Positions 17,938 through 27,229 of a stretch of 32,977 nucleotides of DNA are shown here, in pieces. Each line of letters starts with the position of its first letter. Within the stretch, counting starts at the first letter, position 1. Made by a program: the position numbers and the translations under genes. The stretch lies in IMG/VR virus record IMGVR_UViG_3300028549_001428. One strand, written 5' to 3'. The stretch comes from a virus. Lineage: Duplodnaviria > Heunggongvirae > Uroviricota > Caudoviricetes. Below the pieces are notes generated by a model. The model saw nothing but the letters and a program-made list of their open reading frames with translations, did no database searches and was not told the DNA's origin.

Positions 17938-18402
17938 ATGGAAATTACACTCAAGAATCTTAAAGTCGCCAAGTTCATGTCCCAATAAACCCTCTGCTAT
18001 CAAGCTACTATCTATGTGGATGGTAAGAAGGCAGGGACTGCGGAAAATGAAGGGCATGGAGGCTGTTCCAATGCTCATTTGAAGCCTGAATTCAGTCACC
18101 TTTACCAGATGAAGTTCAGTGTTCCTTGTGGTTGTGATCATTATACTACGTGTCCTCTATGTAAGGGTACTGATAAGTATTCTGTTGGTATTTATGATTA
18201 CTGTGACCACCTTGCATATGAATTGGATAATGCAAAGGAACGCACCAAGTTGCTGAATAAGTATCGCAAGCAAGGTTTCAAGTTTGTTGTCGATTTCAAA
18301 GGTGGATTTGCGGGTGTCAATGCTGATGATGAACAGTCAGCACGTGAATTGATTCTGCGCAAATATCCTACCTACACTATCACAGCAATTACAGCACTAT
18401 AA
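17938..18402 (+). pseudogene. Phage hypothetical gene with in-frame premature TAA (or a sequencing error)
   Basis: Motif, SD and ATG at 17938; MEITLKNLKVAKFMSQ*TLCYQATIYVDGKKAG, TAA at 17986-17988, in frame with 18016-18402. Confidence 0.7.
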
Positions 18403-18428
18403 TCGAAAAGGAATCCGAAAGGGTTCCT

Positions 18429-19304
18429 TCATTCTTTAATTAAGTTAAGTAGTTCAATTGCCTTATCTTTTGTAAATTGTTTACATCCATTAGATATTGC
18501 TTTATATTGAGAGAAACGCTTGAAATTATACGACAATCCGCAATCACTCAACCCAATTTTATTTGCATATTCATCTAAGCTATTACAATCGGAACTTATG
18601 TAAGATTCTAATAATTGAATTGATTCAGATACTTTTGTTTGATTGATTTTTTGTTTCGTTGTATTAATCAACTTGTTATACATATTTGTATATTGCTTTA
18701 TTTGGTCTGATGTAGGATTCAATTGCCATATGTATTTAGAGACATCCAAGGATTCTATATACTTACTATCATATTGATTTGTATTGATACAATTTACAAG
18801 TGTTCGTTTTGCGCAAGAGAATAATTTTGTTGCGCATCTAATAGATAAATACATCTCACCATTAAACATAAATGGCTTTGTATTTCCTTTCAATATACTT
18901 GTTTGCATCATAGTTACTTTACTATCTACTGTATGTGATTTTCGATAAAACGGATTATTAACACCAGTATTGAATATACGACAATTTTCTTTTATCAATT
19001 GATATTCTCTTGCCGTTTTTGTGTATGTTGATAACATATTATACGCATACCATAATTTAGAATTAGTTGGATATATTTTACATAATAGTCTATGAGCAAT
19101 ATAATGTTCTTTGGCACTTAATGCACAAAAATTTAATGAATGATCTGTACCACCGATACATTTAGGTGTTATATGATGAATTTCAATGTAATCAGAAAAT
19201 AATATCTTGTATTCCTTATTCCATGCTTTTCGTGTATGCGCTGTAGATATAAATCTGCGCCTAGCATTCTGGATAATTAATGTATACAGTCTATTGTAAT
19301 CCAT
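18429..19304 (-). CDS. Free-standing HNH homing endonuclease
   Basis: EIHHITPKCIGG...N...LSAKEHYIAH motif and a GVNNPFY NUMOD-like segment. Likely start MDYNRLY at 19304. Antisense to its neighbours. Confidence 0.85.
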   Translation of the reverse strand: MDYNRLYTLIIQNARRRFISTAHTRKAWNKEYKILFSDYIEIHHITPKCIGGTDHSLNFCALSAKEHYIAHRLLCKIYPTNSKLWYAYNMLSTYTKTAREYQLIKENCRIFNTGVNNPFYRKSHTVDSKVTMMQTSILKGNTKPFMFNGEMYLSIRCATKLFSCAKRTLVNCINTNQYDSKYIESLDVSKYIWQLNPTSDQIKQYTNMYNKLINTTKQKINQTKVSESIQLLESYISSDCNSLDEYANKIGLSDCGLSYNFKRFSQYKAISNGCKQFTKDKAIELLNLIKE

Positions 19305-19509
19305 ATCAACAACATATATTTTACTTTGTCGCTTAATAAGTATGATGCTAAAATAAAACATACGATTAATCCGATTTTATATTGACATACGATTAGTATA
19401 ATTCTATATTATATACAAGAAAGTGAAAACATAATGGTTGTATGTGTATGTTTTTTACTTTGGTGCTTATAGTATAGAGTAAGAGAAACCAAACAAAAAG
19501 GAGATCAAA

Positions 19510-20529
19510 ATGGAAAATATGAAAGTTACTCAAGATATGGTTGACAGCTTCATGCAGTCTAAGAATCTTGACTTCGAAGTGAAGATGGTTCCAACATTTG
19601 GACAGGTGCCTGTCACTAAGGATAATGGAGTGATTGAAACTGAATTTAAATCACTCAACGCATTCGCACCTATGCGCACCGATACAGGGGCATTTCTTTC
19701 TTCTGGTGGACATTCCAAGGAATTTCTTCCTATCCAGAATCGTGATGCCTTCAAGATCATTACTCAACTTGCTGGTGTTGCTGATATTGATCTTAAACAT
19801 GGAGGAATTTGGGGGAATGGTGCGGGTGTATTTGCGCAAGTTTCATTGGGAACTGATATGGTAGTTGGTAAAAATTATGGTGATATTGGACAAGATCATC
19901 AACGAACTGATACTGTTCGCAAGTATCTTTCTATCGTCAATTCACATGACGGTTCTCGTGCTCTCACTATTCTTATCACTCCATATCGTTTCTTTTGTAT
20001 GAATCAGATTGCCAAGGCTGTGAACCATGCTAAGAAGAACGAAAATACATTCATTAGTATTCGGCATAATGCATCCGCTGAAGAAAAAATCGAAGAACTC
20101 ATTCGTACCGTGCACATTGCTGATAATGCGTTCAACTATAGCGAAGAAGTGTACAACAAGATGTCTCAGTTGAAGATCAATGAAGAGTATGTCAAGGAAA
20201 CCCTTCGTCGTCTATTCCCACCTTCTTTTGATGAAGGTCGTGGTAAGACCATTTGGACGAATCGCATGGAAAATGTAACAAAGCGGCTTAACTTCGCTGA
20301 TGCTGGACGCATTGAACGTGATACTGCTTGGAATCTGTATAACGCAATTCAAGGAACTATCCAACATGATTCTCGTAACACTTCCACCAAGATGCGTTCT
20401 GTTCTCATGGGATCAATTGCGCAACAGTCCTCTGATATTATGACTGCTGTACTGGATGTATGTTCATCCGAAAACATTCCACAATCGGTTCGTGATGAAA
20501 TCGATGCCCTTGTTAACGGAACTATGTAA
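19510..20529 (+). CDS. DUF932-family phage/plasmid protein
   Basis: PIQN, NSHDGS and RFFCMNQ motifs, RH and TAWNLYNA. Confidence 0.8.
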   Translation: MENMKVTQDMVDSFMQSKNLDFEVKMVPTFGQVPVTKDNGVIETEFKSLNAFAPMRTDTGAFLSSGGHSKEFLPIQNRDAFKIITQLAGVADIDLKHGGIWGNGAGVFAQVSLGTDMVVGKNYGDIGQDHQRTDTVRKYLSIVNSHDGSRALTILITPYRFFCMNQIAKAVNHAKKNENTFISIRHNASAEEKIEELIRTVHIADNAFNYSEEVYNKMSQLKINEEYVKETLRRLFPPSFDEGRGKTIWTNRMENVTKRLNFADAGRIERDTAWNLYNAIQGTIQHDSRNTSTKMRSVLMGSIAQQSSDIMTAVLDVCSSENIPQSVRDEIDALVNGTM

Positions 20530-20618
20530 GTAAATAAGGTTGGGAGATCCTCAAAACTCCCATTTTATTTTTTGATTTTTTGAATGACAAAACCTCAACA
20601 AATTTCTATATTACCTAT

Positions 20619-21011
20619 ATGAATAAATTAAACATACCATCATCTACCAACAACATTGAGAATAAGTTCGAAATCGTTTCCTTTGTGAATACCATGTCGC
20701 ACTACTCTCTCAAGGTTTTGGTCAAACGCATGTGGGAAAACCTCCAATGTCTTGCTAATGTATTGGAAGATAATCGAAGTGATGTTACCCAGGCACTTGA
20801 TCAAATTATGTCAGGTGAGAAATGGTCTGTTAAAAATCTACAGAGTCGTTTCTGCTTCATGATTCATACTGGTAAAGTAATCCAGTACGATTCACGTAAC
20901 AACGAATTCAAAGTACTTGCTGTAGTTAACGGGGACTGGGCTAAATCTGCACCCACTAAAGCAATGTCCTATGATGAGCTGGTAAAGGTTCTTAAAAACA
21001 ATGTTCAATAA
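20619..21011 (+). CDS. Hypothetical protein, paralogue of 21947-22309
   Basis: Shares KFE-x-VSFVN...LK-x-LVK...W...LAN; start taken at the ATG following a TATATT -10. Confidence 0.7.
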   Translation: MNKLNIPSSTNNIENKFEIVSFVNTMSHYSLKVLVKRMWENLQCLANVLEDNRSDVTQALDQIMSGEKWSVKNLQSRFCFMIHTGKVIQYDSRNNEFKVLAVVNGDWAKSAPTKAMSYDELVKVLKNNVQ

Positions 21012-21020
21012 GGCTGCACA

Positions 21021-21215
21021 ATGAAACTTACAATAGTTCGATTCGTATTCATGATGTGTGCATGTTTCGCACTCATGGGCATTATCAATATGTGTCTGGT
21101 TAATCCAACTGGATATGATCTGTTGTACAGGTTCCTTAATCTGTGTATGGCTGTTGGTATCTGTGCTCATTATTACGAGTATATGGATTTTAATCATCCC
21201 AGTAAAAAAGGCTGA
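21021..21215 (+). CDS. Small two-TM membrane protein
   Basis: Two hydrophobic segments; AAGG SD. Confidence 0.6.
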   Translation: MKLTIVRFVFMMCACFALMGIINMCLVNPTGYDLLYRFLNLCMAVGICAHYYEYMDFNHPSKKG

Positions 21216-21217
21216 TT

Positions 21218-21520
21218 ATGAAACTCATTCCCGATATCGAATCAACTACTATACTAATTAAAGGAAAAATTGGTCCCCAATTTACCTCCAGATCATTTCA
21301 AGTTACTGGTGATGATGTCGAATATAAAACCGAATGTATTATCAAAGCTGTGTATAAAAATACAAGACTCGATGATCCATTCGGAAAAACTAAACTGCAT
21401 ATATTCTCTATCTATGTAAACAAGAAAAAAATGTCTACTGCTACTCACTTATCACTCGATGAATATTGTAACTATCTCAAAGAGTATATCGAATTCGAAC
21501 GATGGAATGACGTGTTATGA
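21218..21520 (+). CDS. Hypothetical protein
   Basis: 100-aa ORF tightly packed with its neighbours. Confidence 0.65.
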   Translation: MKLIPDIESTTILIKGKIGPQFTSRSFQVTGDDVEYKTECIIKAVYKNTRLDDPFGKTKLHIFSIYVNKKKMSTATHLSLDEYCNYLKEYIEFERWNDVL

Positions 21521-21747
21521 TCACACCTATCGATCTACAACTAATCAATGATGATACTACTCTGGCTAGAAGTAAATTGATGAAGTCTACTATCATGCTG
21601 GATAGCAATAAACGATTACGTATACAACTTAGTATCATGGAAGCTGGTAATAATCTAAATCAACTTGTTAATGGTGTCATGACCAGTGACATTCGATCAA
21701 AGTTTGCGGTTAACAAACTTTTCAGTGACTTTAAAGGTGAGAATTAA
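21517..21747 (+). CDS. Hypothetical protein (MITxI N-terminus)
   Basis: 76 aa, ATGA overlap with the previous gene. Confidence 0.65.
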   Translation: MITPIDLQLINDDTTLARSKLMKSTIMLDSNKRLRIQLSIMEAGNNLNQLVNGVMTSDIRSKFAVNKLFSDFKGEN

Positions 21748-21946
21748 CCTCTCACTTTTTTACTTTGGTGCTTATATTAGTATGATACCCTCTAAGTAAC
21801 TTTTCCACCACATGCTTTTTTACTTTGGTGCTTATATTAGTATGATACCTTCTAAAAATCTATCAACACTCTATTAACATACCAAATCTATAAACATTTT
21901 GCTTGTGTATCTTGACAAAATGTATTGCAGTTTCTATATTATAGGT

Positions 21947-22309
21947 ATGAAAAACATATTAGAAAAACCAAAAGACAAGTTTGAGATGGTTTCATTCGTC
22001 AATGAACCTCATATGACTCATCATAGACTGAAACTACTTGTAAAATCCATATGGACACACTTCCACACACTTGCAAACTACTTGGATAGTTCTCGTCCAG
22101 ACATTTCTAAAGCCATTGACAGCGTTCTAGAAGGTAATGAACCTGATATCTATGGCATTAGACAACGTTTTTCCTACTTCATTTGCAATAATGTGGTAGT
22201 TGTACATGATGGTAAGGATAATTCTATCAGATTCATGTCAAAAAATGGTACTCACTCACCAAAAATTACCCAATGTGATGAAAATCAACTTAGAGAGTTC
22301 CTAAATTAA
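21947..22309 (+). CDS. Hypothetical protein, paralogue of 20619-21011, probably leaderless
   Basis: ATG 6 nt after TTGACA(21912)-17-TATATT. Confidence 0.75.
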   Translation: MKNILEKPKDKFEMVSFVNEPHMTHHRLKLLVKSIWTHFHTLANYLDSSRPDISKAIDSVLEGNEPDIYGIRQRFSYFICNNVVVVHDGKDNSIRFMSKNGTHSPKITQCDENQLREFLN

Positions 22310-22605
22310 CCCTCCCCTACCCTATTACAAAATATTTTTTAATTTTTTACCTTCAAAATATTTTTTAATTTTTTAAACGTAACTGTTTTTTGATGAAACA
22401 GTCGTTTTGTAAGTGTTTTTTACTTTCCGTAATGATTTTTTATAAAATTTGGGCTTTTGTAACTAAATTTTTTAATTTTTTAGCTTTTTTATTCCAATAT
22501 ACACTATACAATATAAAATATTTATTGCTTTGTACCTTGCATTTTTACAATATTAGTATTATACGCAAGTAACGTATGTAACAAACAACTCAATTAGAGG
22601 TATAT

Positions 22606-23019
22606 ATGAATACTGCAACGATCCAATATAGAAATATGCCTGATGCTGTTCGTTTAGCATCAGCAGAATCCGCTGTGTCGATGGCTCAAGCTGGATTAAA
22701 ACTGTCTGAAATCGCAAAAGCATTCAATACATCAATTGCAAACGTGCAATCATGGATTCAGCGAAAAAATAGTGGCACTCTGGGTAAAAAACTACATGCC
22801 AATAAACAAAAACATATTGATTATCGAAAATTACCAATAGCAATTCGAAACGCTGCTCGATCATTCGCTATGATAATCGGTAAAAGTGGTGTGAATCCAC
22901 ATGAAATGGCTACCCAATTCGGTACTTCCGAAACTTGTGTGCGTCGATGGCTCGAAGAAGATCACCAAATCGAAAAGCCACGTGGTAGAAAACCAATCAA
23001 AGCAACCAATAACCAATAA
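22606..23019 (+). CDS. Tandem helix-turn-helix protein, paralogue of 12898-13377
   Basis: IAKAFNTS...VQSW and MATQFGTSETCVRRW repeats; shared GTLGK-x-LH linker. Confidence 0.75.
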   Translation: MNTATIQYRNMPDAVRLASAESAVSMAQAGLKLSEIAKAFNTSIANVQSWIQRKNSGTLGKKLHANKQKHIDYRKLPIAIRNAARSFAMIIGKSGVNPHEMATQFGTSETCVRRWLEEDHQIEKPRGRKPIKATNNQ

Positions 23020-23036
23020 AAATAACAGGAGTGTGT

Positions 23037-23210
23037 ATGAGCAACGCTTTAGATTTGATGATTACCATCAATATTATCAGTAGAATCGATTCAATTGTAA
23101 ATCAATTGAATAATCGAAGAAAATTTAATCGAAATTATCACCCCAGAATGATTCTACAGTTGGGTGATATGCTTATCGATGCTCATACGCACAGAATGCA
23201 TTTGAAATAA
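23037..23210 (+). CDS. Small hypothetical protein (57 aa, not in ORF track)
   Basis: AGGAG SD plus ATG at 23037, MSNALDLMIT...HLK. Confidence 0.5.
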   Translation: MSNALDLMITINIISRIDSIVNQLNNRRKFNRNYHPRMILQLGDMLIDAHTHRMHLK

Positions 23211-23288
23211 TAACAGTTTGGGCAATCATTAAGAAAATTTTTTAATTTTTTGCTTTACATAAGCAAATCATTTTACTATATTTGCTTG

Positions 23289-23591
23289 ATGATTACCCAA
23301 ATTCTTATCAAAGAAGATCAAGATTTCGGTATCTCCAATAACTATGGAGATGTAGAACCGTTTAACTCTGCCCTAAAAGCACAATTGTTTAATCATGTAT
23401 CGTCGTTGATCGATTACATGTCTTCGCTAAATGGATTCGATACCTCACTAGCAAAGAAACGACTACTTAAAAATAATACCAGAAAATTCTGGAACAACCT
23501 CCCATATCAAAAATTCATAATCCCTAACACAGTTACGGAATTCCTTTTCCATATTTTCAATAAACCTAAAAATAATATTTTATTTTTATGA
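23289..23591 (+). CDS. Hypothetical protein (MITQI N-terminus)
   Basis: ATG at 23289 just after a TATATT -10; in frame with the track ORF 23250-23591. Confidence 0.6.
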   Translation: MITQILIKEDQDFGISNNYGDVEPFNSALKAQLFNHVSSLIDYMSSLNGFDTSLAKKRLLKNNTRKFWNNLPYQKFIIPNTVTEFLFHIFNKPKNNILFL

Positions 23592-23788
23592 TTACCGAAA
23601 TTAAATCTCTGCATATCTATACCGCTGACTATGTTAATGAAATGGATATGGATACCAAAATAGAATCCATACATGGATTTAGAATCACTATGATCCTACA
23701 CTCCAACTTACAAATCAACTTCGCTGCTACTCGTGATAGAAATAGAATAGTAAATCATTTTAAATCTCTCCTTGACAATCTAAAGTAA
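23588..23788 (+). CDS. Hypothetical protein (MITEI N-terminus)
   Basis: 66 aa, overlapping the previous stop. Confidence 0.55.
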   Translation: MITEIKSLHIYTADYVNEMDMDTKIESIHGFRITMILHSNLQINFAATRDRNRIVNHFKSLLDNLK

Positions 23789-23973
23789 TTTATCTATACA
23801 CATAGACAAAATTTTTTAATTTTTCTATATTACAACCATCGAATAATCGAAGAAAATTTAATCGAAATTATCACCCCAGAATGCATTTGAAATAATAACA
23901 GTTTGGGCAATCATTAAGAAAATTTTTTAATTTTTTGCTTTACATAAGCAAATCATTTTACTATATTTGCTTG

Positions 23974-24249
23974 ATGATTACCCAAATTATTATATATCCA
24001 TTTAAAGATCTACATATCTCACGTAATGTATATCAAGCACAAACATTTAAAAACCCTATCATGATCCAAGACTATAAAGGAATTGATAGCAATACTCCTA
24101 TAAGCAATACTATAAATAACCATGTAATCAATAAATGGAATGCTACACCAAATCTAAAATATAGAATAGAAAATGTAATAGATAGTATATTAATAAAAAC
24201 ATTTAAATGGGATTTCAATATATCAGGTAACCAGGATTACCGAAATTAA
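23974..24249 (+). CDS. Hypothetical protein (MITQI N-terminus)
   Basis: Same promoter and start context as 23289. Confidence 0.55.
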   Translation: MITQIIIYPFKDLHISRNVYQAQTFKNPIMIQDYKGIDSNTPISNTINNHVINKWNATPNLKYRIENVIDSILIKTFKWDFNISGNQDYRN

Positions 24250-24346
24250 ATCTCTCCTTGACAATCTAAAGTAATTTACCTATACACCTAGACAAAATTT
24301 TTTAATTTTTCTATATTACAATCATCTACAATTAAAAAGGTTAACT

Positions 24347-25312
24347 ATGGCTCAACAACTAATTAAAGAACTCACCCCAGAACAAGAAAAAATGATCCCC
24401 GTATATCGTGATCTAGGTCTTGAAATGGGTCTGTCAACCGGTCCAGCAGTTCGTGAAAAAGCTGTCGAAGGTATGACTAAACTTTATAAGTATATCGGAA
24501 AACCAGTTCCACCTGCGTTTATCTTCGTGAAATCTCCATTCGAAGCACAAGTTGTTATGAATGAACTCACTATCAATGACCCAGGTGAACTAAAACTAAA
24601 TCAATGGACTCTCGAATCCAATGACCAATGGGTTAAAAACCTAATCGAAAAACCTTCCAATACTGATCGTTACTCTTTCTTCGCTACCCATAACTATGGT
24701 TATGGCTCCAATGAAGCATTCTGGGTTGCTTTCTACAAATACTTTAAAGAAGTATGTAACGTAGAATATGTCGAAAAATCCAACGATGGTTTGGCTATCT
24801 TCGAAACCCTCGCATTCAATTCTGGATGGCACTATATGTTTAACGAATGCGCAATCATTTGTGACCGTGCTTCCGAAATCCATATCGAACAGAATGTTCT
24901 ACATAATGACGAAGGCCCTGCCATCGCCTATGCAGATGATGTAAAAATCTTTGCAATCGGTGCACATATCGTTACCGAACAAATCGTCATGTTCCCTGAA
25001 ACCATTACTCTCGATCAAATCGATACAGAATCCGACCAAGAAACCAAACGTATCATGATCCAAAGATATGGCGTTGCCAAATATCTTACCGAAACTGGTG
25101 CCAAAGTTATTGACTCTGACCGTCTTAACCTAGAAGGTTCTTCTATAAGAACTCTTATGGAAGATAATAAGGGACATCGTTGGCTAATCGGTACTGATGG
25201 CTCTACTGGACGTGTTTACTATATGTCTGCACCTATCGATGCAAGAACATGTAAAGAAGCTCATGAAGCTATGGGTGGAATCTCCGAAGATAACCTAATT
25301 GGTGAATGCTAA
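24347..25312 (+). CDS. DUF6745-like protein
   Basis: LHNDEGPAIAYAD-x-x-KIFAIG motif and W-x-AFYKYF segment, recalled from that family. Confidence 0.65.
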   Translation: MAQQLIKELTPEQEKMIPVYRDLGLEMGLSTGPAVREKAVEGMTKLYKYIGKPVPPAFIFVKSPFEAQVVMNELTINDPGELKLNQWTLESNDQWVKNLIEKPSNTDRYSFFATHNYGYGSNEAFWVAFYKYFKEVCNVEYVEKSNDGLAIFETLAFNSGWHYMFNECAIICDRASEIHIEQNVLHNDEGPAIAYADDVKIFAIGAHIVTEQIVMFPETITLDQIDTESDQETKRIMIQRYGVAKYLTETGAKVIDSDRLNLEGSSIRTLMEDNKGHRWLIGTDGSTGRVYYMSAPIDARTCKEAHEAMGGISEDNLIGEC

Positions 25313-25390
25313 AAATATTTTTTAATTTTTCACTTTAATTAGCTATATTTAATTATATAACAAGGAACATAAATAACAAGGAACATAATT

Positions 25391-25816
25391 ATGCAAACAG
25401 TTGCTGACATCGTACAACATATCGAACAGGTTCAGAAAGATGCTGAAACCACTAAAGTCGCCAAACCACGTTACTTCCCTATCATGAAAGTTGGGGAAAT
25501 CGTGCGCCAAGGTGATATCTATATCCACCGTGTAGAAGATAACCATGAACATGGTATCGAACTAGATTCCAGACAGCTTGCTCAAGGATTCTCGCAAGGT
25601 TCCAGACATGTAGCCGAAGCTCCTTCTAAAGTATATGAAGGAACCACTCATCCAAAATCTGCTAATGGTCCTAATCCTTTCCTCGGTCCTTTGGTAAAAT
25701 CTAATGTAGAATTTACCATCACTCATCCGCAGCATGCGCATGTTACTCTTGGTGCTGGTTGTTACCAGATTACTCACCAAATGGATGTCCGTACTCTGAT
25801 GCGTATTAGAGACTAA
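25391..25816 (+). CDS. Small His-rich partner of the DUF6745-like protein
   Basis: RQGDI, LAQG...SRH and ITHPQH...LGAGCYQI motifs. Confidence 0.7.
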   Translation: MQTVADIVQHIEQVQKDAETTKVAKPRYFPIMKVGEIVRQGDIYIHRVEDNHEHGIELDSRQLAQGFSQGSRHVAEAPSKVYEGTTHPKSANGPNPFLGPLVKSNVEFTITHPQHAHVTLGAGCYQITHQMDVRTLMRIRD

Positions 25817-25874
25817 TCAATTTTCCTTCATGGCAGGGTAGTATGTAAGCAATTATGTACTACCCTTTTTTATT

Positions 25875-26093
25875 ATGATTACACCAATATTACCACAGAT
25901 AGAAAATACTCTGAAGTCAGAACTCCCAGACGAGTTATATGATATGATGAGTTCTATGAAATTCACAGTTGATAGACAATTAGAACCAATCATTGTTAGG
26001 AAATTCAACATACCTGTTCTTACAAAAATTTCATCAAATACTACGCCAGTTGACTATATAACTAGAACTATACTCAGTATAGTTAATTTTTAA
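25875..26093 (+). CDS. Hypothetical protein (MITPI N-terminus)
   Basis: 72-aa ORF. Confidence 0.55.
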   Translation: MITPILPQIENTLKSELPDELYDMMSSMKFTVDRQLEPIIVRKFNIPVLTKISSNTTPVDYITRTILSIVNF

Positions 26094-26097
26094 TTTT

Positions 26098-26301
26098 ATG
26101 ATTACTAAAATTATTGGGAAGTCAGGTACTATGATGTTCTCTAAACCTGATAAAAAACCACTTACATTAGATTTAATAATACAAGATTATAACATTAATC
26201 ATCATCTAATAATGCGTACTATCAGACTATCTCATCATATTGAAAATGTGGTGAGACATTCATTAAGGAATCCAGATCATGATTACGCAAATAAATCCTA
26301 A
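26098..26301 (+). CDS. Hypothetical protein (MITKI N-terminus)
   Basis: 67-aa ORF, tightly packed. Confidence 0.5.
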   Translation: MITKIIGKSGTMMFSKPDKKPLTLDLIIQDYNINHHLIMRTIRLSHHIENVVRHSLRNPDHDYANKS

Positions 26302-26536
26302 TATCCAATTCGATTATCATGAATTAAATAACCACATCGACCATATCCTGGTATATCTACTGAATAAATCTTTTACAAGAAATACCAAATTATTATCAAA
26401 CTCAAAAATAGATGATGAACATAGATTCCATCTCCATAAATTAATATCTCTCGGTAAAGATATCAACGGGCCAGATGCTAATGTAAATATTAAGAATAAC
26501 CTTATCGAATCCTTTAAAAAGGCACACAATGATTAA
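26279..26536 (+). CDS. Hypothetical protein (MITQI N-terminus)
   Basis: 85-aa ORF. Confidence 0.55.
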   Translation: MITQINPNIQFDYHELNNHIDHILVYLLNKSFTRNTKLLSNSKIDDEHRFHLHKLISLGKDINGPDANVNIKNNLIESFKKAHND

Positions 26537-26822
26537 ACCTATTATGTTAGAAGAAATTATGGAAGGGGTTGTGAACTTCCGTGACAATGTTACTGTAACT
26601 CTTTCACAAAATATTCCACAGCCGATTATCAATGAATTCCGAATTGTTAAACAAGGTACTCAGGGAGTTATGACTAATCGGGTTGTCAATGTAAATATTA
26701 ATGATCATCACAGCGTGATTGAAGGTTATAAAAACTTGACAACTGCGCTGTTCAAACGTAACTCTAATTTTGTTAGATATCTTAAAAAAGATAACAATTA
26801 TTTCCTAGAACCTATCAAATAA
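26529..26822 (+). CDS. Hypothetical protein (MIKPI N-terminus)
   Basis: 97-aa ORF with AAGG SD. Confidence 0.6.
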   Translation: MIKPIMLEEIMEGVVNFRDNVTVTLSQNIPQPIINEFRIVKQGTQGVMTNRVVNVNINDHHSVIEGYKNLTTALFKRNSNFVRYLKKDNNYFLEPIK

Positions 26823-27229
26823 ATTTTTTAATATTTTGTAATACATTGTGAAAATTTTGTAAGTGATTGGCGTGAGAGCCAAATTTTTACAACCGATGCA
26901 CACAGGCTTAGTCTGGAAAAAGTGGTTTATTCATGGGAATATAACATAATATTAACATTCCCCACTCCACCCCACATTGCTCCACAATCACCCATTGAGA
27001 AAAACCCTCGAATTTACCCCAAAAAAGCCTGTTTTCTATATCCACACCTTATCCCCAATCTATCAACATCATATCCACAATACATTAAAAAGAGTACCAA
27101 AATATATGTATTCTGATACCCTTCAAAATTAGCTTAATTAAGGCATTTCCGTATATTGGCATGTAATATAAGCGCATGTGAAGTAACAAAATTAGGATAA
27201 TATGGATAAGTGTTCTTTAGTGAACATCC

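Larger units (their letters stand above)
2155..21846 (+). promoter_or_regulatory. Dispersed intergenic motif TTTTACTTTGRTGCTTATAGTATAGT, ~26 copies (putative phage promoter or regulator site)
   Basis: Copies start at about 2155, 2251, 2987, 4725, 5534, 6087, 6868, 7363, 8014, 9148, 10937, 12165, 12222, 12568, 12824, 13857, 14752, 15568, 16489, 17386, 17445, 17887, 19319, 19453, 21758 and 21818. All are on the + strand and most lie just upstream of an SD and ATG. Confidence 0.85.
23108..24326 (+). repeat. Tandem duplication with internal deletions
   Basis: 23108-23303 recurs at 23841-23988 minus 48 bp. 23590-23840 recurs in collapsed form at 24235-24326. Confidence 0.85.

Noticed and set aside
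22320-22560. AT-rich block with repeated AAAAT(A/T)TTTTTAATTTT as an origin or iteron array
   Set aside because: The same tract forms the spacer of TAGACA-17-TATATT promoters at 23803 and 24289, so low-complexity promoter DNA explains it.
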